DNA of 52,630 bases, from IMG/VR virus record IMGVR_UViG_3300025093_000028, positions 1-52,630 of that record; one strand, 5' to 3'. The stretch comes from a virus (Duplodnaviria; Caudoviricetes). A program made the translations under genes and the position numbers. Shown here in pieces: positions 36,425-44,857 of this stretch. The notes beneath the pieces were generated by a model, which ran no database searches, was not told the DNA's origin, and saw only the letters and a program-made list of their open reading frames with translations. Positions within the stretch are counted from its first letter, which is position 1. The number at the start of each line of letters is the position of its first letter.

Positions 36425-38713
36425 ATGAGATTAGAAAATCAAAAACAATCAAACGTCCTAGCAACAGGACCAGCTAACAAGAGCATAGGAATGTCCTTAG
36501 ACTTAGATTCTGCACAGGTATTGATGCAGATGTTAAGTAAGAATCTGTATTCAGATGCAATAGGCTCTACAGTTAGAGAGTGTGCCAGTAATGCACTGGA
36601 CAGTCATAGAAGAGCAGGAGTGAATAAACCTATAGTGGTGTCTCTTGTAAGAAATGACAGTAATAATTATGAATTCTCTGTTGAGGATTTTGGTATTGGT
36701 TTAGATGCTAATGATGTGGAGAAGATTATCAGTAAGTATGGTAAGTCTACAAAGCGTGACAGTGATACAGAACTTGGTATGATGGGTCTTGGTTTCAAGG
36801 CCCCTCTAGCTTATGCTAGTAGCTTCTATTTTACATGTAGAAAGAATGGTGTAGAGCGTAAGTATATGATGTACGAAGGTGAAGACACTAACACTATTGA
36901 CTTGATATATGAAAAACCAACAACAGAAGGTAACGGTGTAAAAGTGATTATACCTATTAAGTGGGGAGATAGATATGACTTTGTAAATAAGATTAAAGAG
37001 CAGCTTGCTTATTTTGAGCATGTGTATTTCAATGTGGATGACATAGATAATAACTTTGTGATTCACAGATCTAATTTGTTTCAGTTCTCTGAACTATCTT
37101 CTGATAGCTATCTACATGTATGTCTTGATGATGTTTATTATCCACTAGACTTCAAGAAGCTTGGCATGGGTAAGATAGAAATACCTGTAGGTTTGAGACT
37201 TAGTTTGACAGATGGTGTGTTTCCTACACCAAACCGTGAGGCTCTTAGATATACACCTGAAGCAAAAGCAGCTATTCTAGAAAAGATACAGCGCTTTGCT
37301 AATGTAATGACACAACGGTATAATCAATCAGTCACTGTAAATAGTGATGTGTATGCTGTACTGAAGTATTACACAAGCAACAGTAGATATATCAATATGT
37401 TTGGTAAGCAGTTTGACTATAATCAACTTGCTCCATTTGCTACAGCTAGAATTGCTACACCTAAGATACCTGGTGTAGATACATTGGAATTACATACGTT
37501 ACAAGGATATGCATTTGGTGCATTACTTAACAATTACAGACGTTCTTACAAGTATGAGAATGGTAGAATGTATGAGATAAAAGCTGATAATACTTGGTCT
37601 TCACGTGTTGATTGGGATGCAAAAGATAGAAGACACTATATTCTTAATGGTGACATGCGAGGACATAAGAAAGCCTATCTTAGAGAACTTGCAGAAGATC
37701 ATGAAGATAGATGTGTATATTTTATTAAGGAGAAAACTAAGCAATTGGCCAGAATGCAACTTAAAGGAAGCAAGGGCTATAAAGAGCTTCTAAAGCTTAA
37801 CAACTATCCTAAAGATCAATGGAGAACTGTAATCAAAGAGTGGCAGCACATTGAGAGTCTTCTACTTGCTGATGTTATTGATGCTGATGCTATTGAGGTA
37901 CCTCAAGATTGGATAGATGCTAGAAAGCAGACCAAAGTGGCTAAGATGAAAGCAACTAAAGCTGCTAAAGGTGCAAAGTTAGCAGGTGATTTCAATTGTA
38001 AGAGAGCTGAAAATCTTCTTAGATACAATGATGGTAGAAACTGTAAGTTTGTTGCTGGTCGTCTTAATGTTCAAACAATAGAAGAGGGTAACACTCTTTA
38101 TGTTTATACACATCACGATGACTTTATGAAGCTTGATAAGATGTATGAGGATACCAAAAAGATGGGTATTGAATACATTACACTATCTCAACGTGAGCTT
38201 GATGTTATAGAAGATTCAGGAGAGACAGTGGACAATCTAGTATCTTATGATGATTTTGTTAAAGGTCATGAGAAGTTTGTTCAGATAGTTACAGCTGTAC
38301 GCATTCACAGATTCTGTAATAACTATAGTAATGTGTTTGATAAGAGAAGTTATATTAAAGAAGTTAATTTAGAACTTGCAACTGATCTAAAGAATCTTAC
38401 AGATTACCGAGCACTCTACCTATATCCTACTAAGTATAGTAGTTTTGGAGATCTTGATGATTTGATGAAGATAGCTGAAGAGAACAACTTGTTTGATGAT
38501 ACATATTATCAACTACAAGAGAAGGTTCATCAACTATTAAAGACTCACTATTATTTCAATACACTTGCAAACGTGATGAATTATTCTCACACCTCTAGCG
38601 GACTTCTAGATTGTATGGCACAACTAATGACTTGTAATGGGTTAGAGGTGAATCCAAACTATGAGTATAACTATCTAAAGAAAGCGCTGAAGGACAGCGA
38701 AGAAACAGAGTAA
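36425..38713 (+). CDS. rIIA: rIIA-like protein (GHKL/HSP90-type ATPase N-terminus)
   Basis: LYSD...VRECASNALDSH, EDFGIGL, YGKSTKR, GMMGLGFKAP, TPNREALRY; followed by an rIIB-like gene. Confidence 0.85.
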   Translation: MRLENQKQSNVLATGPANKSIGMSLDLDSAQVLMQMLSKNLYSDAIGSTVRECASNALDSHRRAGVNKPIVVSLVRNDSNNYEFSVEDFGIGLDANDVEKIISKYGKSTKRDSDTELGMMGLGFKAPLAYASSFYFTCRKNGVERKYMMYEGEDTNTIDLIYEKPTTEGNGVKVIIPIKWGDRYDFVNKIKEQLAYFEHVYFNVDDIDNNFVIHRSNLFQFSELSSDSYLHVCLDDVYYPLDFKKLGMGKIEIPVGLRLSLTDGVFPTPNREALRYTPEAKAAILEKIQRFANVMTQRYNQSVTVNSDVYAVLKYYTSNSRYINMFGKQFDYNQLAPFATARIATPKIPGVDTLELHTLQGYAFGALLNNYRRSYKYENGRMYEIKADNTWSSRVDWDAKDRRHYILNGDMRGHKKAYLRELAEDHEDRCVYFIKEKTKQLARMQLKGSKGYKELLKLNNYPKDQWRTVIKEWQHIESLLLADVIDADAIEVPQDWIDARKQTKVAKMKATKAAKGAKLAGDFNCKRAENLLRYNDGRNCKFVAGRLNVQTIEEGNTLYVYTHHDDFMKLDKMYEDTKKMGIEYITLSQRELDVIEDSGETVDNLVSYDDFVKGHEKFVQIVTAVRIHRFCNNYSNVFDKRSYIKEVNLELATDLKNLTDYRALYLYPTKYSSFGDLDDLMKIAEENNLFDDTYYQLQEKVHQLLKTHYYFNTLANVMNYSHTSSGLLDCMAQLMTCNGLEVNPNYEYNYLKKALKDSEETE

Positions 38714-38715
38714 TC

Positions 38716-38750
38716 ATGTGGGAGATTGTTTGACAGTCTCCCATATTTTT
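38716..38750 (+). terminator. Hairpin/terminator between rIIA and rIIB
   Basis: TGTGGGAGATTGT-ttg-ACAGTCTCCCATA followed by TTTTT. Confidence 0.7.
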
Positions 38751-38782
38751 CGTATATTAATAAATAAATAACAATTAAAAAC

Positions 38783-40297
38783 ATGAGTAAATTTCTAAGT
38801 TTGGAATGGTTCAAAAACAAAGTGGACCATTCAGTAGAGAAGGTAATTGAGAAGAAACTTGATGCCTTAATGAACCAGCAAGATGAAGAAGCTGGACAAC
38901 CATTCAGCAGCGCTAAGCTTGTAAATGATGTACTAACTGTTGTAATGAACGATGGTTCTGTAATTACCAAGATGGATGCTACAGAGGATCACTATGCAGC
39001 TGTACAGGTAGCAAAGAATGTAGCAGAGCTGTATTCTATTGTTAGTGACCCTAGTGTTGTTAGTGAGAAGATTGAAGAAGAGAAGAAGTTGGCAAGACTT
39101 AAAGCTCTTCGTGAGGGACTCTCTGTTCTGAAAGAGAGTGGTGAGTTCACAGTGGATGGAGATAGTGTATACTTCAAAGGTATATCTAGATCTCTACCAC
39201 AACTACTAGTTGAAGAACTTATCGATGAGGTGAGTCGTGCTAAAGAGTTGGGTATTCCACTAAATGATTCTGATGGATATCAGTCTCTCAAGCGATTCTT
39301 TATGTGGTGTGCACTTAATCCAAGAGCTGAGGTGGCACATGAGCTATACAGATTCTTGAAAGAGAACAGCTTCCGTATCACTAAGCAAGGATTCTTTGTA
39401 GCACTACGTAATGTTGTTACACTACATGGAAGCCCAGAGCTTGTACACTTTATCTCTAATACTTACAACAAGGTGAAAGCTGTCTGGAAGAAGAGCCCAG
39501 ATGACTACACTGTGTTCCTAGAAAATGGTGAATACAAGCTTGTACATGATGATAAGCTATATCGTGAAGAAACACACACTAGTACAAGTTGTCAAGAGTG
39601 CTTGGGAGAAGGTGGTTACTATGATGATGGTGATTATTATGAAGATGAAGATGAATGGAATGAAGGTGAGTGGATAGAATGTGATACATGTGGTGGTACA
39701 GGTGAAGTGGAACCTTATGAAGTAACAAACACTGTACGAGTAGATCATGGAGAAGAGATAGGTAAACTTACAGAGCTCTATCTAGACCTACCTAACAGAC
39801 ATGAGAATCGTTTCACAGATGATTGGACTAAAACATTTGATATTCGTGTAGGTAAGGTGGTTAACATGCCTAAGGAAAGTTGTAACTGGTCAACACAAGA
39901 TTGTGCTGCAGCTGGTTTACACTTCACTTCTGACCAGATACACTATGTAGGATGTGGTGATCAGTCTGTACTTGTTCTTATCAATCCTATGAAGGTAGTT
40001 GGTATTGGTGCACACAAGGGTAGATGCTATGAGTATTTACCAATCATGACTGTACCAAGAGATGAGGCTACAGAGATTCTTCATGACAATCAGTTTGACA
40101 CTCTACAGCTTGATGAAGAGTATGCAATCCGTGAGCTTGAAAACCTTGAGATTAAGGTGCAAGAAGGATTTGTAGCTGAGACCAGTAAGTATGAATTCAA
40201 CTTACCAAATGTTAGCAGTTCTGACATACGTAATATTGTAGGAAGCTTAGAGGATATGAAGGCTGAGATACGAGATAGAATCGTATCTTTAGATTAA
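38783..40297 (+). CDS. rIIB: rIIB-like protein with inserted DnaJ-type Zn finger
   Basis: NPRAEV..ELYRFL...ITKQGFFVALRNV; VGKVVNMPK; CAAAGLH; VLINPMKVV; KGRCYEY; insertion CQECLGEG...CDTCGGTG. Confidence 0.8.
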   Translation: MSKFLSLEWFKNKVDHSVEKVIEKKLDALMNQQDEEAGQPFSSAKLVNDVLTVVMNDGSVITKMDATEDHYAAVQVAKNVAELYSIVSDPSVVSEKIEEEKKLARLKALREGLSVLKESGEFTVDGDSVYFKGISRSLPQLLVEELIDEVSRAKELGIPLNDSDGYQSLKRFFMWCALNPRAEVAHELYRFLKENSFRITKQGFFVALRNVVTLHGSPELVHFISNTYNKVKAVWKKSPDDYTVFLENGEYKLVHDDKLYREETHTSTSCQECLGEGGYYDDGDYYEDEDEWNEGEWIECDTCGGTGEVEPYEVTNTVRVDHGEEIGKLTELYLDLPNRHENRFTDDWTKTFDIRVGKVVNMPKESCNWSTQDCAAAGLHFTSDQIHYVGCGDQSVLVLINPMKVVGIGAHKGRCYEYLPIMTVPRDEATEILHDNQFDTLQLDEEYAIRELENLEIKVQEGFVAETSKYEFNLPNVSSSDIRNIVGSLEDMKAEIRDRIVSLD

Positions 40298-40323
40298 TTA
40301 ATTGGGGGATAGCATTTATTTTG

Positions 40324-40331
40324 TATATTTG
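40324..40331 (+). promoter_or_regulatory. Bacteroidota-type -7 promoter box inside a hairpin
   Basis: TATATTTG with TTGG 18 nt upstream; flanked by GGGGGATAGCA/TGTTATTCCCC. Confidence 0.55.
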
Positions 40332-40354
40332 TTATTCCCCATTAATTTAAACTT

Positions 40355-40756
40355 ATGGCAAAGAAATCAACAAGAAAGCCTAGAGTTCCTAGGACTAGAA
40401 ATGCTGGCACAATGACAGAAGCAGCATTCTGGTCTATGATTAGAAGCGCTCTAAGGCAGAAAAGCAGATGGTGGAAGCCAATTGCTGAATGTAAGAAGCT
40501 TGCAAGGCGAGCGTACAAAGGAAAGAATAAAAGGCAGAGGTGGGAATACAAATGCAATAAATGTAAGGAGTGGTTCAAGAGTGATCAAGTTAATGTTGAT
40601 CATATAGAACCTGCAGGAAGTTTGAATTGTTCACAGGACTTACCATCTTTTGTGGAAACACTCTTTTGTGAACAAGAGAACTTACAAGTGTTGTGTAAAA
40701 CTTGCCATGACCAGAAAACAAAACTGGAAAAACAATTAAAACAATTTAAGAAATAA
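40355..40756 (+). CDS. HNH endonuclease
   Basis: CNKC...VDHIEP...NLQVLCKTCHDQKT. Confidence 0.85.
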   Translation: MAKKSTRKPRVPRTRNAGTMTEAAFWSMIRSALRQKSRWWKPIAECKKLARRAYKGKNKRQRWEYKCNKCKEWFKSDQVNVDHIEPAGSLNCSQDLPSFVETLFCEQENLQVLCKTCHDQKTKLEKQLKQFKK

Positions 40757-40983
40757 TGAACAGAGAATTATTGAGATCGCTCACAAAGCCTGAGCACTAT
40801 GATTCACAGACTAATATAGATGTAATAGACATATGTCATATGTACAACATATCTTTCTCTCGTGGTAACATAATCAAATATGTTATCAGGGCAGGTAAGA
40901 AGAACGATGAGTTGAAAGATCTATATAAGGCTTTGGATTATTTACAAAGGGAAATACAATACATTAAAAACCAATCACAATGA
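40756..40983 (+). CDS. DUF3310 (SaV / T7 gp1.7-like) protein
   Basis: PEHY...IDVID...GNIIKYVIRAGKK..LKDLYKALDYL. Confidence 0.85.
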   Translation: MNRELLRSLTKPEHYDSQTNIDVIDICHMYNISFSRGNIIKYVIRAGKKNDELKDLYKALDYLQREIQYIKNQSQ

Positions 40984-42035
40984 TAAAGGGACAAACAAAT
41001 ACAGAAGCAAACTATAGGGCTGTCATGTTGGACAGCTCTAGTTCTTTAAAGGATTTTTCACTTGATAGAAAGAAATACTATAGAAAATATATCCTTAATG
41101 AACCAATTAATGAGAAAGAAACAGCAGCTGCTAACATGGGTAGACTAGTGGAGACACTATTGTGGGAACCAGATCTTTTCGAAGAGAAGTTCTTTCTATC
41201 TTCTTGTGCAACACAACCAACAGGACTTATGTTGGAGTTCGTTGAAGCGTTGTACAGAGTGACTAGAGATTCTACAGATGAGTCTGGAGAGGTGACTAGA
41301 GACTTTGAAAGCTTATCAAGAGAAGCATATGATCTATCTTCCTTCAAGATAAAGTATGAGGCTGTCATCAAGAAGTTTGTAGGTAGTGATGCAGAGCTAT
41401 ACTATCATGAAATCAGAAAGGTGAGAGCAAACAATCTAACTGTAGTGAACAGCTTAGATGTAACTATGGCTGAAAAGATCGTAGAAACACTTAAGCAAAG
41501 CACTGTCACATCAAAACTTGTCACTCTTGTCAATAGTGCAAGATACAATGTGTTTTGTCAAATGCAAGTTGAAGACTATGTTATAGATGGACATGCTTTT
41601 AAGTCTATGATGGACTGGGTAGTGGTAGATCATGATGCTAAAACTATTCAGGTGTATGATTTGAAGTGCACATGGAATGTAGAGAACTTCTTTGAGGAAT
41701 ACTATTTGTATAGAAGAGCATACATCCAGGCATTCTTGTATAAGAAAGCTGCACAACACATGGCTAATGATGACATGCTTGAATACTATGGGTATGAAGT
41801 ACTCAATCCTAGATTTATTGTTTGTGATAGTGCAAACTTCTATAGTCCAATAATATATACATTGTCTGAGGAAGACATGAATGATGCTAAGAATGGCTTT
41901 GAGTACAAGGGTAGAACCTATCCTGGTGTTAAAAGCTTGATTAGTGATTTGAAATGGGCAACAGAGAATAACATGTGGGATGTTAGCCAAGGAACATTCG
42001 AGGCTGATGGAGTAGTTAACATACGAAATAGATAA
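40980..42035 (+). CDS. PD-(D/E)xK exonuclease (RecE/RecB-like)
   Basis: SSSSLK, MGRLVE, KSMMD...YDLK, YIQAFLY. Confidence 0.8.
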   Translation: MIKGQTNTEANYRAVMLDSSSSLKDFSLDRKKYYRKYILNEPINEKETAAANMGRLVETLLWEPDLFEEKFFLSSCATQPTGLMLEFVEALYRVTRDSTDESGEVTRDFESLSREAYDLSSFKIKYEAVIKKFVGSDAELYYHEIRKVRANNLTVVNSLDVTMAEKIVETLKQSTVTSKLVTLVNSARYNVFCQMQVEDYVIDGHAFKSMMDWVVVDHDAKTIQVYDLKCTWNVENFFEEYYLYRRAYIQAFLYKKAAQHMANDDMLEYYGYEVLNPRFIVCDSANFYSPIIYTLSEEDMNDAKNGFEYKGRTYPGVKSLISDLKWATENNMWDVSQGTFEADGVVNIRNR

Positions 42036-42037
42036 TA

Positions 42038-42601
42038 ATGACAATTAAGAAAACGATAACCAGTATATTTATGGTTCCAACTCTAAGGATTCCAAAAAAC
42101 GCATTGAAAAATAATGGGTTTATAAATGGTTATGTTGAAGATGCAGAGAGAGATTTTCAGTATCCTGATGCTGTTTATCTCTTGTTTCTGCCTAAAGACA
42201 TACCAAAGTTTAGAGAGTTCCTTGATGATGAGTATGAACGTACAGAAAACATTATTGAGGATTATGATTATGAAGGAGGATTTGTAGTTGTTGTATACAA
42301 ACTTGACAGTAGATGGAGAAAAGACTATACTCTTATCAAACAGGGTAAGTATTCTAAAACCTCTGACAGCTTTCAGAAGCTGTTTCCAAAGGTTATAAAA
42401 ATTATGAAGAATGGCTTACATAGAGATGAGGTGTCCCTGCAGTATCGAGTGTTCAATAAGACAGAAGATATGATTGACTACTGGGAGAACAAGATAGGTA
42501 TTGAATGGGATGATGAGTTTGAAGTGTGGGAAGGATATGACAAGAACAAAGAAATACTTCATATAAACAAGTTAAAAGATAGTGTAACAGATAAAGTATA
42601 A
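42038..42601 (+). CDS. Conserved hypothetical protein
   Basis: 187 aa, GKYSK.S motif; no function recognised. Confidence 0.65.
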   Translation: MTIKKTITSIFMVPTLRIPKNALKNNGFINGYVEDAERDFQYPDAVYLLFLPKDIPKFREFLDDEYERTENIIEDYDYEGGFVVVVYKLDSRWRKDYTLIKQGKYSKTSDSFQKLFPKVIKIMKNGLHRDEVSLQYRVFNKTEDMIDYWENKIGIEWDDEFEVWEGYDKNKEILHINKLKDSVTDKV

Positions 42602-42603
42602 TT

Positions 42604-43002
42604 ATGAATGCAAAACAATTATTAGAAGAAAACCCTTTATCAAAAGATAAGTTGAAACTGTGGTTCACAAACCAACTAACAGCTCAGCTTGAAAACTTTG
42701 AGGAGGATGATAACTTCAAAGAGTTTATGGTAAAGTCAGGAATCACTGATGACCAGATAGAAACTATATTCACCAAAGGAGGTAGAGGTTGCCTTGATTT
42801 CTTTGATGAAGAAGGTTTGATTATATCAGTGGTACATAATTGGAAAGACAAAACCTTTTCATATTATGTTAATGATGATAAGCCCCAAGGATCATTCAGT
42901 AAGAGAACAGATGCAGAAACTGCTGTTCTTCAGGAATGTATCAAGACCCTTGAACAAACATTAACTGAAAAAGAGGAGACAGATGACAACTCAGAGAATT
43001 AA
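42604..43002 (+). CDS. Hypothetical protein
   Basis: 132 aa, in operon. Confidence 0.6.
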   Translation: MNAKQLLEENPLSKDKLKLWFTNQLTAQLENFEEDDNFKEFMVKSGITDDQIETIFTKGGRGCLDFFDEEGLIISVVHNWKDKTFSYYVNDDKPQGSFSKRTDAETAVLQECIKTLEQTLTEKEETDDNSEN

Positions 43003-43369
43003 AGAACTAGTAGAAGATTATTTCAATGTAGATCTATCAGAGAAAACCAGGAAGAGAGAGCTAGTTCATATCAGATTTTTATATTATAACTTAGCATATC
43101 ACCACGCATCAGATGGTTTAAGTCTAACTGCTGTAGGTAACACTATTGGTGGTTTTGATCATGCCACTGTGTTGTATGGTCTTAGACAGTATAAGAATCT
43201 GTATGAATTTGACAAGCCTTTTAGACGCAGAGTTAATCCTTTTCTAAACGAAATAGAAGAAGAGATTAACAAGAGTAGTGTCAACAGTAGAAGAACTATA
43301 CACAGACAGATAAGGCGATTGAAGGAGAGAATTCTTCAGATGGAGAAACAATTGGAAGATATAGAATAA
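42983..43369 (+). CDS. Stand-alone DnaA domain IV (C-terminal HTH)-like protein
   Basis: IKELVEDYFNV...KTRKRELVHIR...SLTAVGNTIGGFDHATVLYG resembles the DnaA signature SL..IG..FGGRDHTTV.HA; C-terminal coiled coil. Confidence 0.8.
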   Translation: MTTQRIKELVEDYFNVDLSEKTRKRELVHIRFLYYNLAYHHASDGLSLTAVGNTIGGFDHATVLYGLRQYKNLYEFDKPFRRRVNPFLNEIEEEINKSSVNSRRTIHRQIRRLKERILQMEKQLEDIE

Positions 43370-43384
43370 ATTTTACAAATAATT

Positions 43385-43564
43385 ATGAGAACAATTGGAA
43401 AAATTATAGTAGATTTGCTTTCTAGCAATCACATTTCAGCTGACGAAGCTGAGTTAATGATCAATAAACTTTCTAGGGATGGTAAGTCATTAGGTTTTCA
43501 ACCTAAGAGGACTGCTAGTCCCTATTGGTATCAAACAAATACAATGAACGATGAGAACAGCTGA
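43385..43564 (+). CDS. Small hypothetical protein (59 aa)
   Basis: Hand-translated MRTIGKIIVDLLSSNHISADEAELMI... Confidence 0.6.
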   Translation: MRTIGKIIVDLLSSNHISADEAELMINKLSRDGKSLGFQPKRTASPYWYQTNTMNDENS

Positions 43565-43883
43565 AGAATTCAATCTAACATATGAGCTAGTTATGGATGG
43601 TCCAGGGCTAGTTATAGAAGTTCCTGCAGTGGTTCAATATTTGAATCAAGTATTTGATGATCTACTAAAGATAGAGGGATTTAAGTGTAAAGAGATATCT
43701 ACTATCCGTGGTATACCACGTGTAGAAACTAACCTCAATGAGATTTTACCATTCGTTGGTAGAATAATCAATGAGCAGTTAGAGGAGAATCTTAGTCTTA
43801 TGTTGAAAGTGGAATTCGAAGTAGAGCAACGATTGCTATCGTTGAATTTAGACAAACACGGTAAACCTATAAATCATGAATAA
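43551..43883 (+). CDS. Hypothetical protein
   Basis: 110 aa, overlaps the nrdB start. Confidence 0.6.
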   Translation: MRTAEEFNLTYELVMDGPGLVIEVPAVVQYLNQVFDDLLKIEGFKCKEISTIRGIPRVETNLNEILPFVGRIINEQLEENLSLMLKVEFEVEQRLLSLNLDKHGKPINHE

Positions 43884-44856
43884 GAACATTTTTATGCCAA
43901 GGGTCAATATTCTCCCTTATGAATATCCACAATTACTAGACTACAAAGATGCAATCAGACACTCGTATTGGATTGATACAGAGTTTAACTTCACTGAAGA
44001 CATACAAGACTTCAAGGTGACAATTACAGATGAAGAACGTGATGTTATCAAGAAGACTATGCTTGCTATAGCTCAGATTGAGGTGAATGTAAAAACCTTT
44101 TGGGGTGATTTGTACAAACGTATGCCTATTACAGAAATAGGTGATGTGGGATTCACATTTGCTGAATCAGAAGTGAGACATAAAGATGCATATGCCAGAC
44201 TGTTAAGAATTCTTGGGCTAGAAAAAGAGTTTCAGAATGTAGTTGAGGTGCCTGCTATAGAAGGGCGCATCAAATATTTGAAGAAATACTTAGATGGTAC
44301 AAGATCTAGAGACAACAAGATGTACACTAAGTCTGTGCTGTTGTTTTCTTTATTCATAGAGCACGTTAGTTTGTTTAGTCAATTCCTCATTATGATGAGC
44401 TTTAACAAAGAGAAGAATGTCCTGAAGGGGATATCTAATGTTGTTGAGGCTACAAGTAAAGAGGAAGAGATACATGGTAACTTTGGAGCAGAGCTCATCA
44501 ATATTATTAAGAAAGAGAACCCTGAGTGGTTTGATGAAGAGTTTGAAAACCTTATATACTCAGCATGTAAGAAAGCTTACGCAGCTGAGTGTGGTATATT
44601 AGATTGGATCTTTGAAAAAGGAGAACTTGAGTTTCTACCAAAGGAAACAATCCAGCACTTCATCATGAACCGTTTCAACAACTCACTTAAAAAGATTGGA
44701 ATGAAGCCAATGTTTGGTGTGGACAATGAGTTATTAGCATCAACTAAATGGTTTGACATAGAAATCACTGCTACTAAAGAAGGAGACTTCTTCTATAAGA
44801 AGCAAGTGGATTATAATAAAAAGAGTAAGAGTATAACTGTAGACGATTTATTTTAA
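43876..44856 (+). CDS. nrdB: Ribonucleotide reductase beta subunit, class Id (NrdBi)-type
   Basis: PYEYP, AQIE69VNVK73, E99VRH102KDAY106, IEHVSLFSQF, KEEEIH, DFF.K..VDY. Confidence 0.92.
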   Translation: MNKNIFMPRVNILPYEYPQLLDYKDAIRHSYWIDTEFNFTEDIQDFKVTITDEERDVIKKTMLAIAQIEVNVKTFWGDLYKRMPITEIGDVGFTFAESEVRHKDAYARLLRILGLEKEFQNVVEVPAIEGRIKYLKKYLDGTRSRDNKMYTKSVLLFSLFIEHVSLFSQFLIMMSFNKEKNVLKGISNVVEATSKEEEIHGNFGAELINIIKKENPEWFDEEFENLIYSACKKAYAAECGILDWIFEKGELEFLPKETIQHFIMNRFNNSLKKIGMKPMFGVDNELLASTKWFDIEITATKEGDFFYKKQVDYNKKSKSITVDDLF

Positions 44857-44857
44857 A

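Noticed and set aside
41511-42044. 177-aa - strand ORF
   Set aside because: Lies opposite the PD-(D/E)xK nuclease; composition is typical of an antisense frame.
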